NCBI GenBank assembly: GCA_010093995.1
Contig: ML992512.1
Span: 186,001-250,000 of the forward strand
Source: Elsinoe ampelina
Lineage: Eukaryota
Reading direction: 5' to 3'
Length of the DNA: 64,000 bases
Shown: positions 52,501-64,000 of the stretch, piece by piece
Position numbering within the stretch: the first letter of the stretch is position 1
Layout of the letters: each line of letters starts with the position of its first letter
Program-made: the position numbers and the translations under genes
The notes under the pieces: model-generated
Database searches by the model: none
The model's input: the letters and a program-made list of their open reading frames with translations, nothing else
What the model was told of the DNA's origin: nothing

Positions 52501-53379
52501 CAAGATCTAGGCATTGGAATCGCCAAGGGTGCCTCCTCCTTTGTCAAAAAGTCCGTCTTCGGTTTCTCCGACTCCATGGCCAAGTTCACCGGCTCCATCA
52601 GCAAGGGTCTCGCCGCAGCCTCCCTCGACAAAGAATTCCAAGACCAACGCCGCATGTCCCGCTCCCGCAACCGGCCTAAGCACGCCCTCTACGGCATCAC
52701 CTCCGGCGGCAATGCTTTTGCCACCTCGGTTGCATCCGGCATCGGCGGCCTCGCGCGCCACCCCATGGAAGGCGCAGAGAAGGAAGGCGCCCTCGGATTT
52801 GTCAAAGGCGTCGGCAAAGGCGTCCTCGGCTTCGCCACCAAACCCGCCATCGGCGCCTTCGACCTCGCCTCTAACCTCGCCGAGGGCGTGCGCAACACCA
52901 CCACCGTCTTCGACCAAGAAGGGCTCGACCGCGTCCGCATGCCCCGCTTCATCGGCCAAGACGGCATCGTTCGCCCTTACACACAGCGCGAGGCCCTGGG
53001 CCAATTCTGGCTCAAAACCCTCGACAACGGCAAATACTTCCACGAAGAGTACATTGCCCACCTCGAGCTCGCGTCCGGCACCAGCCAAGCGAGTCGCCGC
53101 CAAGACGAGCAGAACGGGTCCTCCAGCCCGCCTCGTCTCGTGATGTTGACGTACAATGGCATCCTGCTTGTCGCGACCAAGAAGTTGCAGACGGAATGGG
53201 ATGTCCCGCTCAAGGATATCCAGACGATCAGTAAGGAGAGGACGGGCATGAGTATCGTGCTCAAGGGGGGTACGAATGGCCCGTTTATGCCGATCGCGGA
53301 TGAGCAGAGCCGGAATTGGTTTTACAGGCAGGTGGCGGTGGCGGTGAATGCTTATAATGACAAGTGGAATGCGAAGGGG
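43591..53379 (+). CDS. VPS13: Vps13 bulk lipid-transfer protein (stop codon probably in the gap)
   Basis: Chorein-N MLEGLVAQLLNRFLGMYV; WEPLIEPW; intron 50454-50501; LGSADFLGNPVGLF and ATG2-C-like Gly-rich region; C-terminal PH-like domain ends at the N-run. Confidence 0.97.
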
Positions 53380-54054
53380 NNNNNNNNNNNNNNNNNNNNN
53401 NNNNNNNNNNNNNNNNNNNNNNNNNNNNNNNNNNNNNNNNNNNNNNNNNNNNNNNNNNNNNNNNNNNNNNNNNNNNNNNNNNNNNNNNNNNNNNNNNNNN
53501 NNNNNNNNNNNNNNNNNNNNNNNNNNNNNNNNNNNNNNNNNNNNNNNNNNNNNNNNNNNNNNNNNNNNNNNNNNNNNNNNNNNNNNNNNNNNNNNNNNNN
53601 NNNNNNNNNNNNNNNNNNNNNNNNNNNNNNNNNNNNNNNNNNNNNNNNNNNNNNNNNNNNNNNNNNNNNNNNNNNNNNNNNNNNNNNNNNNNNNNNNNNN
53701 NNNNNNNNNNNNNNNNNNNNNNNNNNNNNNNNNNNNNNNNNNNNNNNNNNNNNNNNNNNNNNNNNNNNNNNNNNNNNNNNNNNNNNNNNNNNNNNNNNNN
53801 NNNNNNNNNNNNNNNNNNNNNNNNNNNNNNNNNNNNNNNNNNNNNNNNNNNNNNNNNNNNNNNNNNNNNNNNNNNNNNNNNNNNNNNNNNNNNNNNNNNN
53901 NNNNNNNNNNNNNNNNNNNNNNNNNNNNNNNNNNNNNNNNNNNNNNNNNNNNNNNNNNNNNNNNNNNNNNNNNNNNNNNNNNNNNNNNNNNNNNNNNNNN
54001 NNNNNNNNNNNNNNNNNNNNNNNNNNNNNNNNNNNNNNNNNNNNNNNNNNNNNN
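53380..54054. other. Assembly gap (675 N)
   Basis: Run of n bases; ORFs spanning it are artefacts. Confidence 1.
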
Positions 54055-54088
54055 CCCCCACCAACCAGGTATCAAACAAAAAGAGGCC

Positions 54089-55873
54089 CTACTTCCTAAC
54101 CAACTTCCTCGGCTTCTTCCTCTCCGCCGCCGCCGTCCCCTGCGCCGGGACAGCCCCGCCCGCAGAAGGCGCCTTCGTGCTCTGCGCCGGGCTACTGCTC
54201 GCGACGGTACTGGCGCCGCCGGCGTGCTTGGTGTTGGACGGGACGGTGGAGGCGGAGTCTTTCCTCGACGGCGCGGCCGGGGGCGTGGGGCGGGAGGGGG
54301 CTGAGGGGGTCGAGGCGGCGGCGGGGGTGGAGGAGGAGGAGGTGGAGGAGGGGGGGATTGCTAGGATGGTCAGTTGTTGGTCTGTGGTGGGGAGAATTGA
54401 GAGGGGAAAGGTGGGGAGAGAAGAAATGGGGCGTGGTTACGTACCTTTCTTTGTGCCGATAGGGGTGCGGGCTTTCTTTGTTGTGCCGATGGGGGTGTGT
54501 CCGCTGCTTGCTGCTGGCTTGGGGGCGCTCGCTGCAGGCGCCTTCTTCGCTGGCGCAGGAGCGGTGCCGTTGGGCTTCTTCGCGGGCGTGGCGCGTTTGA
54601 CAGGGGTAGGCTTCTTCGCTGCCGGGGCGGAGGTGCTGGTGTTGTTTGCCTGCTGGAGACGCTGCCTGATGTCCTCGCCTTCCTCGAGCTCTTCTTCCAC
54701 GACAAAGTGGCCGTCTTGGATCTGCTTTCCGCCGTTGATACCGATCACGTCCTGTGGGCAGGCGCTCATGACGACGACCACGTCGCGCTCGGCTTTGAAG
54801 CGGACGTATTCGCCCTTCTTGCCTTTGGGGTTGTCGAATTTGACGTCGCCGTTGTTGGTCCAGGGGATGTTCATGAAGAGGTTGAGAGGGGCGGGGACGG
54901 AGTTGACGGTGACGTCGGCGCCGATGCCCTTTGGTCCTTTGAGACCGGCGCGCTCGTTAAGCTCTTTCAGGGCGAGGACAAGGTTCTCCGCGCAGGATCC
55001 GTGCTCTTCCCAGCCTTCTACGCCTAGCTGCTCGTAGCGGGCGGGATCACAGGCGGCGATCAGGGTGTCGTGGGTTGCGGCTGTGTCTTCCACCACGGTG
55101 AGCATTGGTTCGCGTAGGTTGGACACCAATGTATCGCCAACCTTGGGGACGAGGTGGAGAGTCGCAGCGCGGGAGTGTGGAAGCGACAGGAATTCCATGC
55201 CTGGTGGGACCTCGGCGCCGCCTCCTGTCCAAGCAGAATACCCTGCATACAGAGAGGAGGCGTAACCCTGCCCGCTCAATGCAGAAACACCTGCTGCACC
55301 AACAGGAGTCCGGCTAAAGTCCGAGATTTGCTGGATGATGGGCTTGTTCGGATCGCGGTAGTGCGACTTTGCAAAGGACGAGAACGAGTTCTTGTTCGGG
55401 ATGTAGTTTGAGATACCCTGTCCAGCTGAAAAGTACTGGCCCCAAGTGCGCGAGTTCTGCTTCACCGCAGCTTTCTCGCCATCTGACTTGGCAGCACGAA
55501 GAGGGATTGAAGGTACCGAGGGCAAGTATGAAGACCAGCCCTTCTTCTGCTGAGCCGGGTCGTTGGAAGCATCCATGCCCTTTGACGTTGCCGCTTCAGC
55601 TTCCTCCTGCGACGGGAGTCCCATGTCGCCCTTCTTGGACTTTGTACGCTTTGGCGCAGGCTTGGGTGGCTCTTGCTTGGTCTCGGTCGGAGCTTCTTCT
55701 GGCTGGCCATTGGATTGTGCTTCTTCCTTTGACTTTGGTGGTGTGGGCAACGCGAAAGCCCATGTGTCGACGATCTGAGTGCCGGACGTGTTGACGATCT
55801 TGATGGTGCTGCCGGCCGGCACGAATGTCGCTGTGCCATGCCTGGCGGGAATTGTTTGCATGTCTGCAGTCAT
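54089..55873 (-). CDS. DUF1989 (urea-carboxylase-associated family) protein with low-complexity insert and tail
   Basis: IPARHG...IKIVNTSGTQIVDTWAF, HDTLIAACD, HGSCAENL, PLNLFMNIP, MSACPQD; intron 54361-54444; TAG at 54089. Confidence 0.88.
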
Positions 55874-56280
55874 TGTGGTGGTGTAGACTTTTCTGTGTAG
55901 GTAGTCGTGCAAGGGGTCCTCTGGCATACCAGGTGTGTACAATGGTTGGGAGAGGTTCGTGTGCACCACTGGTCAATGTCTCGGGAAGAGAAACGAGGAG
56001 GGCAACGAAGATGAATGTGAACAGAGTCCTACCAAAAGTTGCGACAGGGTCTTTACTGCTCTGAATGCCAGGTTTGGTGGCACGAATGAGCTCAGCGGAG
56101 CTTTGAGGTTTCTGGTTGTTCGAGCTTTGGCGGGGCTACGTCACAGGACAGCCACACTGTAGATCACTTTCACATCCCTGAATCGCGACTCCGGCAATTT
56201 CCACTATGGCTTGATATTGATCGAACCCGGTTATCTGGGTTCTGGTAGAGATGTGATCGTGTATTCGTGAGATGCACAGG

Positions 56281-58625
56281 CTAGATATTCTTCTTCGCTT
56301 CCTCTTCGGCCTCATCATCGTCCAAATCGTCACTGAGTATCCAGCTGCCGTCTACCTCTTCGCTGCGTCGTCTCCGTCCTCTTTCGCGCATCGCAGTGTT
56401 GATCTTCTGACTGAGCTGCTCCACGTCTGGCTTCGTGCTGGTGGCACTCGTCATGGGCTTCAAGCTGTCACTGGCCAGTACTGATAACCCAACACCGCTA
56501 TTTGTCCGGCTGCGGCTGTGATTCGGTGTGCTTGGTCGTGTAGCAAAGATGCCAACGCTACCGAGATTCTTAAAGCTCTCGTTCCGGGGAAGGTTGTCGT
56601 TGTGAATCGGACTCTTGCGCTCGAACACAGGTGACACGGGAGACGTTGAATCTGGCGTCATCTTCAGACCAGAGTCGTACCGAGCTCTGCTGCGCTCTCG
56701 AGGCGTGTGAGGTCGGCTGTTGAGAGGCGATAATGGATGATTGGGATCGGTGATGATGCGATAGTGGTCAAAGTCTGGGTACAGCTCCGGTCCCAGCTCG
56801 TTGATAACGCTCGTGACTTGTTCGACAAGTTCGTTCCTCCGCACTCGCAGCTTGTGCATTGTGCTGCCAGATGTTGGGTGTAGTGATAGGAACAATGGCC
56901 GAAGCGATTTGGCAATGTCCATGGCTACTTCTCCGAAGCGAAGGGCGCCGAAAGTGATGGCTGGAAAGACGATGTAACCGAGCAAGAAGATTGCCCAATA
57001 CGGCACCCAATCTGGAGCTCGTCCGCCAATCCTATTCTTGTGATGCCAAATGGCGAGTAGAATGTTGTAGAAAGTGTAGAGTATTGGAGCGAGGGCCATA
57101 GAAACCAAAAGCTTCCATGTCGCGACGACATCTTTGGCCCTGACCTTGACAGATGAGGCAGCCAGAGCTTCCTTGGACTTTTTGATTGATATGCTTTTGC
57201 CCACGATGAAGACCGGTGCGAACAAGACCGTCCCAGGCAGTACCACTGTTCCCAGTACAGCCAGCTTGCCGAGTCGGTAGAAGAAAAGCCCAAACGTCTT
57301 CCAGAGTGGGAACTTGGCGTAGCTGACTTGGTGGTCGCGTATATTCAGCATCATGAGCGTCCTGTTGTAGTCCAGGATCGACTTCTTGAGCGAAATAATC
57401 CTTGGATCGTCCTTGTAAGTCTGGTAACCCTTGACAAGTCGTCGATTAAGCTCGACAATCATAGGAAGTGGTAGCTTCTTGCCTTTGGGGTTGTAGAGTC
57501 GGCGTACGGCCTGGATAAGCTGCACGCTGTTAGCCTCTCCCTCATCAGAAACATCGTTCGCTGTTGTGCTCACCATAAGAGTGTCATAGTCGGGCGCCAC
57601 TACTGTGACAGACACGAGTGCATTATACACAGTCTCCAGCAGTTCACCCACAGCTTCCCTCTTCTGCCCATTCTTATACTTCTCAACCAATTCAGGAGGT
57701 ACCTCGACTGGTGTCCCGAACTCCACCACTGCTCGTGATCGGAACTTGTGAGCGTGAAAGTAGTTCATGCCGCAAGGAACTATCTTGACTCCGCAGTCCG
57801 GGTTTTCAGCCAATGCGCCAAGCGCCATTATCGCCACGCCAGCTGAGACCTGTTAGCAAGAATTTTGCGATCAGCTGCCAGCAACCTACGCTTGAGAGGC
57901 AACAGTTCTGTCCTGTCGTGACTGCCGCCTTCAGGAAAGATACCAATACAACCATTCTGTTGCAGCTTGGTGAAGACCGCATCATAGACCGCGCTCTGGT
58001 CCACATGCGGTGCAACACTGAATTTTGTCCCTTCATAATTCGTGACCTTTCCGCCCTCCTGCGCCTCTCGTCCCGTCAACTGCTTGTAGGCCACCGGTCC
58101 CTTGAAAGGCTTCTTGAGCCGTATCTCATCTCTCCCGAGGATCTCCTTAATTTCCGCGTTCGCCGCCTCATTGTTCACCGAAGGCAATACCAGTAGTCCT
58201 CCTACCATGTACTCCTGCAAAGTGAAGTCTACACCTCTTCCCTTGACCAGAGTCGCATCGCCCTCCGGATCGGGCAGATACAAAGTCCCTTTTGCCGGCT
58301 TCTTGTTGTCCAGCGCTCGTCCGACAGGTACACTGCCGACCAGACCAGCTCCGAAACCGATAAACTTCCTCTTCATGCTCTTGTCCGCGATCAACCAATT
58401 TACTCTCCTGTGCACATCCTGTCTAAGGACCCTCATCAAGATCAGCGGATCCACGAATTGGTTCGCGTGCGGCGCCGCGACGATGATGAGGGGACCATGT
58501 CGTGGGACCTTCCATGTCGAGCGCGGGTGGATCTCGCGGAAGAAAAGCTCGACTATGATACTAAAGATCCAGAGGAAGGCGTCGTATACCAGATCGCCGG
58601 CGCGTTGGGAGGGTTGTCTCGCCAT
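56281..58625 (-). CDS. SCT1: Glycerol-3-phosphate O-acyltransferase (Sct1/Gpt2 family)
   Basis: APHANQFVDP, IFPEGGSHDR, IVPCGMNYFHAHKFRSR; two introns; probable ATG at 58625. Confidence 0.93.
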
Positions 58626-59314
58626 AACTGTGGCTTTGTATGGGTGGTTTGTGGAGACCGAGTTTGATCCGTCGAGAGTGAAGGGAATTATATGTGCATA
58701 GCTGGCTAGGCTGAGGTACGACGGCTGCGATCTGTGCTGAGGGATAGGGGCGGAGATGCGCAAGGTATGGACGCTAAGTGCATGCAGGTGAGGTATCGGA
58801 GCGTTAAAGATGCAGGGCTTGGACGTGGGAGGCGCCTGCAGGAGTTGCTCGGCCTGATGCGTCAGAGAGCTTTGCGCAGAAAGTGAGTGATATGCCGGAG
58901 ATGGAGAGAAGTTCGCTGCACCTTGGAAGTGTGAATAAATGGAGCAGGAGAGTCTCCCAACAATTCGGCAGGAATGGTCTTGGATGGTGTCAGAAGCACG
59001 CCGAAGAGCTGCAGCAGGTGTGGAGAAAAAAGTGCCCCAGCGGCCCGCACGAGCAGGCTTCGGCGTGGGGAGAACCAAAAGGGCCTCGAGGGGTCCCTTT
59101 TTCGGTAGCGAGCCGGCAAACCAAACATTCATCTTCCCTACGACCGACCACATGCTGCGTGGTCAGTGGCACTTGAACAATCGAATGACAGGTTCGACTA
59201 TAGATGGAAACGCTGCATGCGTTCGATTAGGTGTTGTACATATTATTCTTTCGTTCCATCTTAACCAAGACCATTCATCTATGCATTTCATGAGAGCATT
59301 ACACCAGATCCCTG

Positions 59315-61979
59315 TCATCGAGGTGCCAGCCCATTCTTGTTTGATACATTGTCTCGTCTCAATTGTCGTACCATCGACTCCAACTTCTTCCGCTCCTCTT
59401 GTTCGGCCTGTGCAGTGGTTAGTCACGTGCCCGCCAGTAGGGTCACATGGTGTACTCACCCTGAGTAACCTTGCACTCTCCGCCCGAGTCTCTCTCATCA
59501 TCTTCTTAAATTCATTCCTGAGAATCATGGCGCTCGTCATTTCTCGTCCAGAATCACCGTTCACAGCCGTCGGACTCGAGATACCCAGCCATCTGACCTT
59601 CTCATCGCTGAGTTGTGTCTCGAGAGTCTCGCACCTTTCTCTCAGACCATCAACCAGATTTTCAAGCTGCTCGCGCTCTTTCTCGACCGCAACGCTCTCC
59701 CTGGTGATTTCCTGATAGTCTTCTGCCATGTCTGCCAGCTCCCGCTCCAGATCAGCCATGCGTGCGTTGCCGCCGGCTCGCTGAGTACTCATGAGCTCCT
59801 TGATCTGCTCGGCTTGTGCATCCCTCTCTCTACGGAGCTCCTCAATCTCTGCAGTAGCCACTTCTTTCGCTCGCTCAGCTCGGCTCCCGTATGCGCCATC
59901 AAGCTCGGCTTTCGCCATGGTGAGCTCGGTAGTGAGGCGCACAACTTCTGCTTCGAGGTCTTCTGCTTCTTTGTGTTTAGCTTCCATCTTCGCCGCAGCC
60001 GCCATATGCAGATCTCGAGTCTCTGCAAGCTCCCTGGCTAGGCTCTGCACCTTGCCGTCGTGATCCTTGACCTTGGCTTCAGCCTCAGCAGTGGTTAGTC
60101 GAGCATCGTCCTGGAGGTCTCCCAGCTGAGCTTCATATTCAGCAACGGCTTTCTCAAGTTGTTGCGATCTTGAGTTCGATTTCTGTAACTGTTCCAAGAC
60201 TTGATGTTTTTGATCCTCGTGCGACTTTGCCGTTTGTCTGAAATTTTCGAGTTCACGCATCACATTCTCAAGCTCAGAGCGCGCTCCGTGTGCTTCGGCC
60301 TCGGCCGTAACATGCCTTTCGCGGAGCTCGTTCATCTGCTGATCCATCTCGGCGCGGGTGCTGTGTAGGTCCTGCAGTTGCTTGTCTTTCTCGCCGTCGG
60401 ATTTGCTGTTGAGCTCGCGTTGCTGCTGAATCTGTTTCCTGAGAATATCGGCCTGCTGATCCATGTGCATGGCTTTGTCAAAGGTGTGCTGCACTCGGGT
60501 GCTGAATCCCTGTAGACTGAATGGCTCCTTGGTCCCATTTTGACTGCTGATGATCTCCCAAAGCCCGGTCATGGTCATCTCGTACTGGTCGATCTTCTTC
60601 TGTGCTTCTTCGACCTCCTGTGAAGAGTGTCCGCCTTTCGATTGTAAGATATCCTCCATGGAGAGCATAATCTCCTCAAGGTAGTTAAGATGACCCTGCA
60701 CGCCGTGCGCTGATGTCGCTGGTGGTGCCTGTACATCGGACATCGGATCCGACACTTGCATAACCAGATACATCTGTTTGTTGATCTCGGTCAATTGCGC
60801 TTCTGTACGCTCACGCTCGTCTCTGACTTTCAAGCATTCCTCCTCTAATCTTGCGACATTCTTATCAATCAGATCGACCTGATTCTCAAGATGTGCGATA
60901 CCATCCTCACCAGATCGTGCAATTCCCTTCTGGTCCAGATCGTCTTCGCGTGGAGTCGTCTTCTCCCGGCGAACCAGTTGGATCAAGTTCCGCATCTGGC
61001 TGTTCATGCCATCAACTCGCGACTGCAGCGAGATCAACTTCTCGTTGGATACTCGATCGAGCGCGCGCTTCTTTGGCATGCCGCCGAACGCACCTCCGAA
61101 CCCATTGACCTCACCGCTGTTCCGCGAGTAAATACTCTCCTCATAGCCGCTGCCATTGAGAAAGCCTTGAATTGTATTATCCAGCAAGTTGCGATCCGCG
61201 CCAACGCTTGCAACCGAAGAAGCTCTCTGCTTCGCCTCGGTATCACAGTGCTCATGGTGACAGAGCTGCAGCACTGCGGCAGTGTGCCTCAAGAGTCTGC
61301 TCTCTACATATTGCCGCCGGCTTTCAAGTCCCGACAGGATCTGCAGGATATCATCGATCTTCTTCTGGCTGACTGCCAACTCGTCTCCAGCCTGATTAAT
61401 CGTTTTTGCGATTTGTCCATTGCTGATATTCCTCTGCTTTGGCTCCTTGCTCTTATTGTCCAGGAAACTTGCTCTGGCTTTCTTCGGCGACGTTGGCGAC
61501 ACGTTCGAAAGGCCTTTGGATCCCTTTGGATCATCCTGATAGAGTCGATGCAACGACTGGGCGGCGTCTCGCACCTTGCTTTCAAGAGCAAGTTTCCTCC
61601 TGGCAGATTCGATGCGAGCTTCCAGTTGTACCTTTTCCTTCTTCAATGCATCCACCTCCTCAATCGCGAGCAGTTCAAAGTTCTGGCTGTCCAACAGAGC
61701 TGTCTCGACCAACAGATGCCGCGACACGACATCGGTGCGGTGGAATGGCAACGATGCAGCGGATTTGCGATTGGGATTGGGGTTCGGACTGGCGAAGCCC
61801 CCATATGCTGGTTGCGTTTGCGGTGCCATGGTAGTCCACCCTGGCATGTCTACGTTGTCGGAAGAGCCAGTTCGCGGAGGTGTGTCGTTTGTATAGCCGT
61901 AAGGATTGGTACCCGGGTTATATGCTTTGTAATTACTCGTCGGTGCTGCGTATTGCTGAGGCGAGCCATCATACTGCAT
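59315..61979 (-). CDS. Uds1-domain (up-regulated during septation) coiled-coil protein; 5' end uncertain
   Basis: HLLVETALLDSQNFELLAIEEVDALKKE...RRKLALESKVRDAAQSL...LLRHTAAVL; long heptads; intron 59408-59459 gives the C-terminus AEQEERKKLESMVRQLRR...PR*. Confidence 0.85.
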
Positions 61980-62963
61980 GGCTTTGGAGAAAGAAAAGTC
62001 GTCAATTCATCAACATGGCAAGCAGGTAGTGTTTCAAGAGGTAGACGCCGGACAATGAATTAGTGTTTCGGAGATGGGTGAGACAGAACCTTGCTCCAGC
62101 CTGAGCAGTAGTGGGACGCTCGATCGAAGAGGAGTTGTCGAACTAGACCACCATCAACAATGCGCAGCCGACTTCGCAATGGAACCGACGAGGAATGCAA
62201 AATATCTATGGCAAAGTCCAGGGGCACGCGTCCATTAAACGCGGAGACCAGCAGCAAATAATCTCAAGGTACAGCAAATATGGACACTGATTGGCTGATT
62301 GCGGCTGCACTTTTGGGCGCAATCAAACCACTTGGCGCCGTCTTCTGGTTCGGGGACTTTGTGGCATTTCTAGAAGCGGGAGAATTACCGGGGGCTGCAC
62401 TAGTGAATCTCTATCAACTTGTGCATTTTTCTTCTTGGGATTCTCGCCATTTCCCTCCATTATCGACACTCTCGTTCAGAAGAGGGACAAGTGCTCTGTT
62501 GTGATCACCAATACTGCACCCAACGATGTCATCAAAGTATGTGATGCAGCCCCAACGTCGGGCGCATCAACTGTCAAGCATATCAACGCCTCCACTGCCG
62601 GTAGCCCTACAACGCACCTCTCTCCTCTTGGCTAATATTTGGGAGATCTCTTTTGATCGACAGCAGGGTAGAGAGTCATCGCCGAGATCCATCTACTAGA
62701 GAATTGGACGAAATGATAGTTGCCTTTATCCAACGTGACCGGAAGACTCAAGGATGGCCGGCAGCCGAAGAGCGACCAGCACGTGACGGGCTCGGCCGGA
62801 GCCGCAGTGCCAAGTCTGGTAAGCAATGACGACTACTCCTATGATTCGGCGTGAGGAATGTAGGTAAGCATCAAGCCCAGCATCCATACAAACATTTGTA
62901 CGCCGTATAGGCCGTCTCCAACAACCTGGCTGGTCCATCGAATGCAATCCGTCTGCTTGCGCA

Positions 62964-64000
62964 ATGTTGTCCGCAATAGCAGTCAGCCTTATAGGCCTGC
63001 TAGCATTTGCGCATGCTGTGCAATGGGCAATCAGCAGCTTCGATGACGGTAGGGAACCGCCTCGACTGAAAACAAGGATACCTCTAGCCGGTCACCTGCT
63101 CGGAATGATTCGTCACGGCCGACACTACTATATGAATGTCAGGTAAGGCGATCCCTCTTGACACGGCCCATTACTTGGCTGACAGCGTCCTTAGCAAGCA
63201 GACGAACGCAGACATCTTCATGCTTGACATTTTTGGAACCAAGCTGTATATATCCAAGACATATCGCCTTACTTCCGCGGTCCAAAGAAGCTCGAAGACC
63301 CTTTCCTTCAAACCCTTCCAGAAGATCACTGCACAGAAAATGGGTGGTGGATCAGCCACTGTGGTCGACAAATTCACCGACCATGTTATCGATGATTTCA
63401 GCCATGCCCAGAGGGCTTCATTCACGCCGGGACCAGAGCTCGACGCCCAGACTGTTCGCATGGGAGAACGCGCTCTCATCGACGTCGAAAGCTTGACGAC
63501 GAATGACAAGCCAACCTCCCTGATGCTCCTGAAATGGTCCAGACATGCTGTTGTCCAAGCTACTAGCTGTGGCATTTTTGGTATTGAGCACCCCTTCCTC
63601 GACACAAAGGTCGAAGATGCCTTTTGGTAATATCTTCTAATAGACTACATTCTCATACTTCTCTGACTGACCCTCCAGGACTTGGCAAGCATGGCTGGTA
63701 TATTCCATGGCCGGCGTTGACATTACTGGTAGAGGTAACCGCTCCCGCGCAATTGTCTTTGATGCGATGCAAAGCTACTGCGCTCAGACGCACACCGACA
63801 TAGCGCCCGTCGTTACTGAGCGATCCCGTGTGATGCGGGAAGCTGGGCTGAGTGAGAAGGAAATCGCAGATCAGCAAGGCTCTTTCTGCATTGCTGCATT
63901 CGCTAATACAGTTCCTACGCTTTTCTGGACGATACATGAGCTATTCTCCCGACCCAATCTCCTAGCTGCTGTCCGGGACGAGGTCACCTCTATTGCAATC
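62964..64000 (+). CDS. Cytochrome P450 (partial, runs off window)
   Basis: N-terminal membrane anchor and EPPRLKTRIPLAGHLLGM; I-helix-like AFANTVPTLFW...LAAVRDEV; introns about 63143-63194 and 63627-63678. The heme Cys motif lies outside the window. Confidence 0.8.

Noticed and set aside
32584..53379. Apparent clustering of trafficking genes (APL4, VPS23, VPS13)
   Set aside because: They are interleaved with unrelated genes, belong to different pathways and share no motif that I could see.
52507..55037. Long ORFs containing X runs
   Set aside because: Artefacts of reading through the N gap.
62964..64000. P450 as the edge of a secondary-metabolite cluster
   Set aside because: No backbone enzyme or tailoring neighbours inside the window; cannot be judged without downstream sequence.

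Overview
Gene-dense, intron-containing DNA from a filamentous ascomycete (Pezizomycotina; Dothideomycete-like is my impression, not provable here). I resolve 22 protein-coding genes by hand-splicing: ADP/ATP carrier (partial), Pal1, a degenerate Rad51-paralog-like gene, glutaredoxin, a Y-family polymerase (iota-like), a divergent pair of secreted phosphohydrolases (EEP family and histidine acid phosphatase), MKK1-type MAPKK, complex I NDUFS5, a low-complexity hypothetical, a Zn2Cys6 factor, a P4H-like oxygenase, ARE sterol acyltransferase, AP-1 gamma, VPS23, PAB1, DUF3429, VPS13, DUF1989, glycerol-3-phosphate acyltransferase, a Uds1-domain coiled-coil protein and a partial P450. There is a 675-nt assembly gap. 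I saw no transposon, tRNA, rRNA or CRISPR array. Best leads: (i) a candidate phosphate-scavenging module, with four Pho4-type boxes in the promoter shared by the two secreted phosphohydrolases; (ii) about 11 local C-rich to G-rich strand-skew switches that override codon usage, mostly at convergent gene 3' ends; (iii) a possible unannotated spliced transcript at about 23.1-24.0 kb; (iv) two GC-AG introns; (v) an A-rich repeated PAB1 leader. All family calls come from motif recognition by eye; no searches were run.
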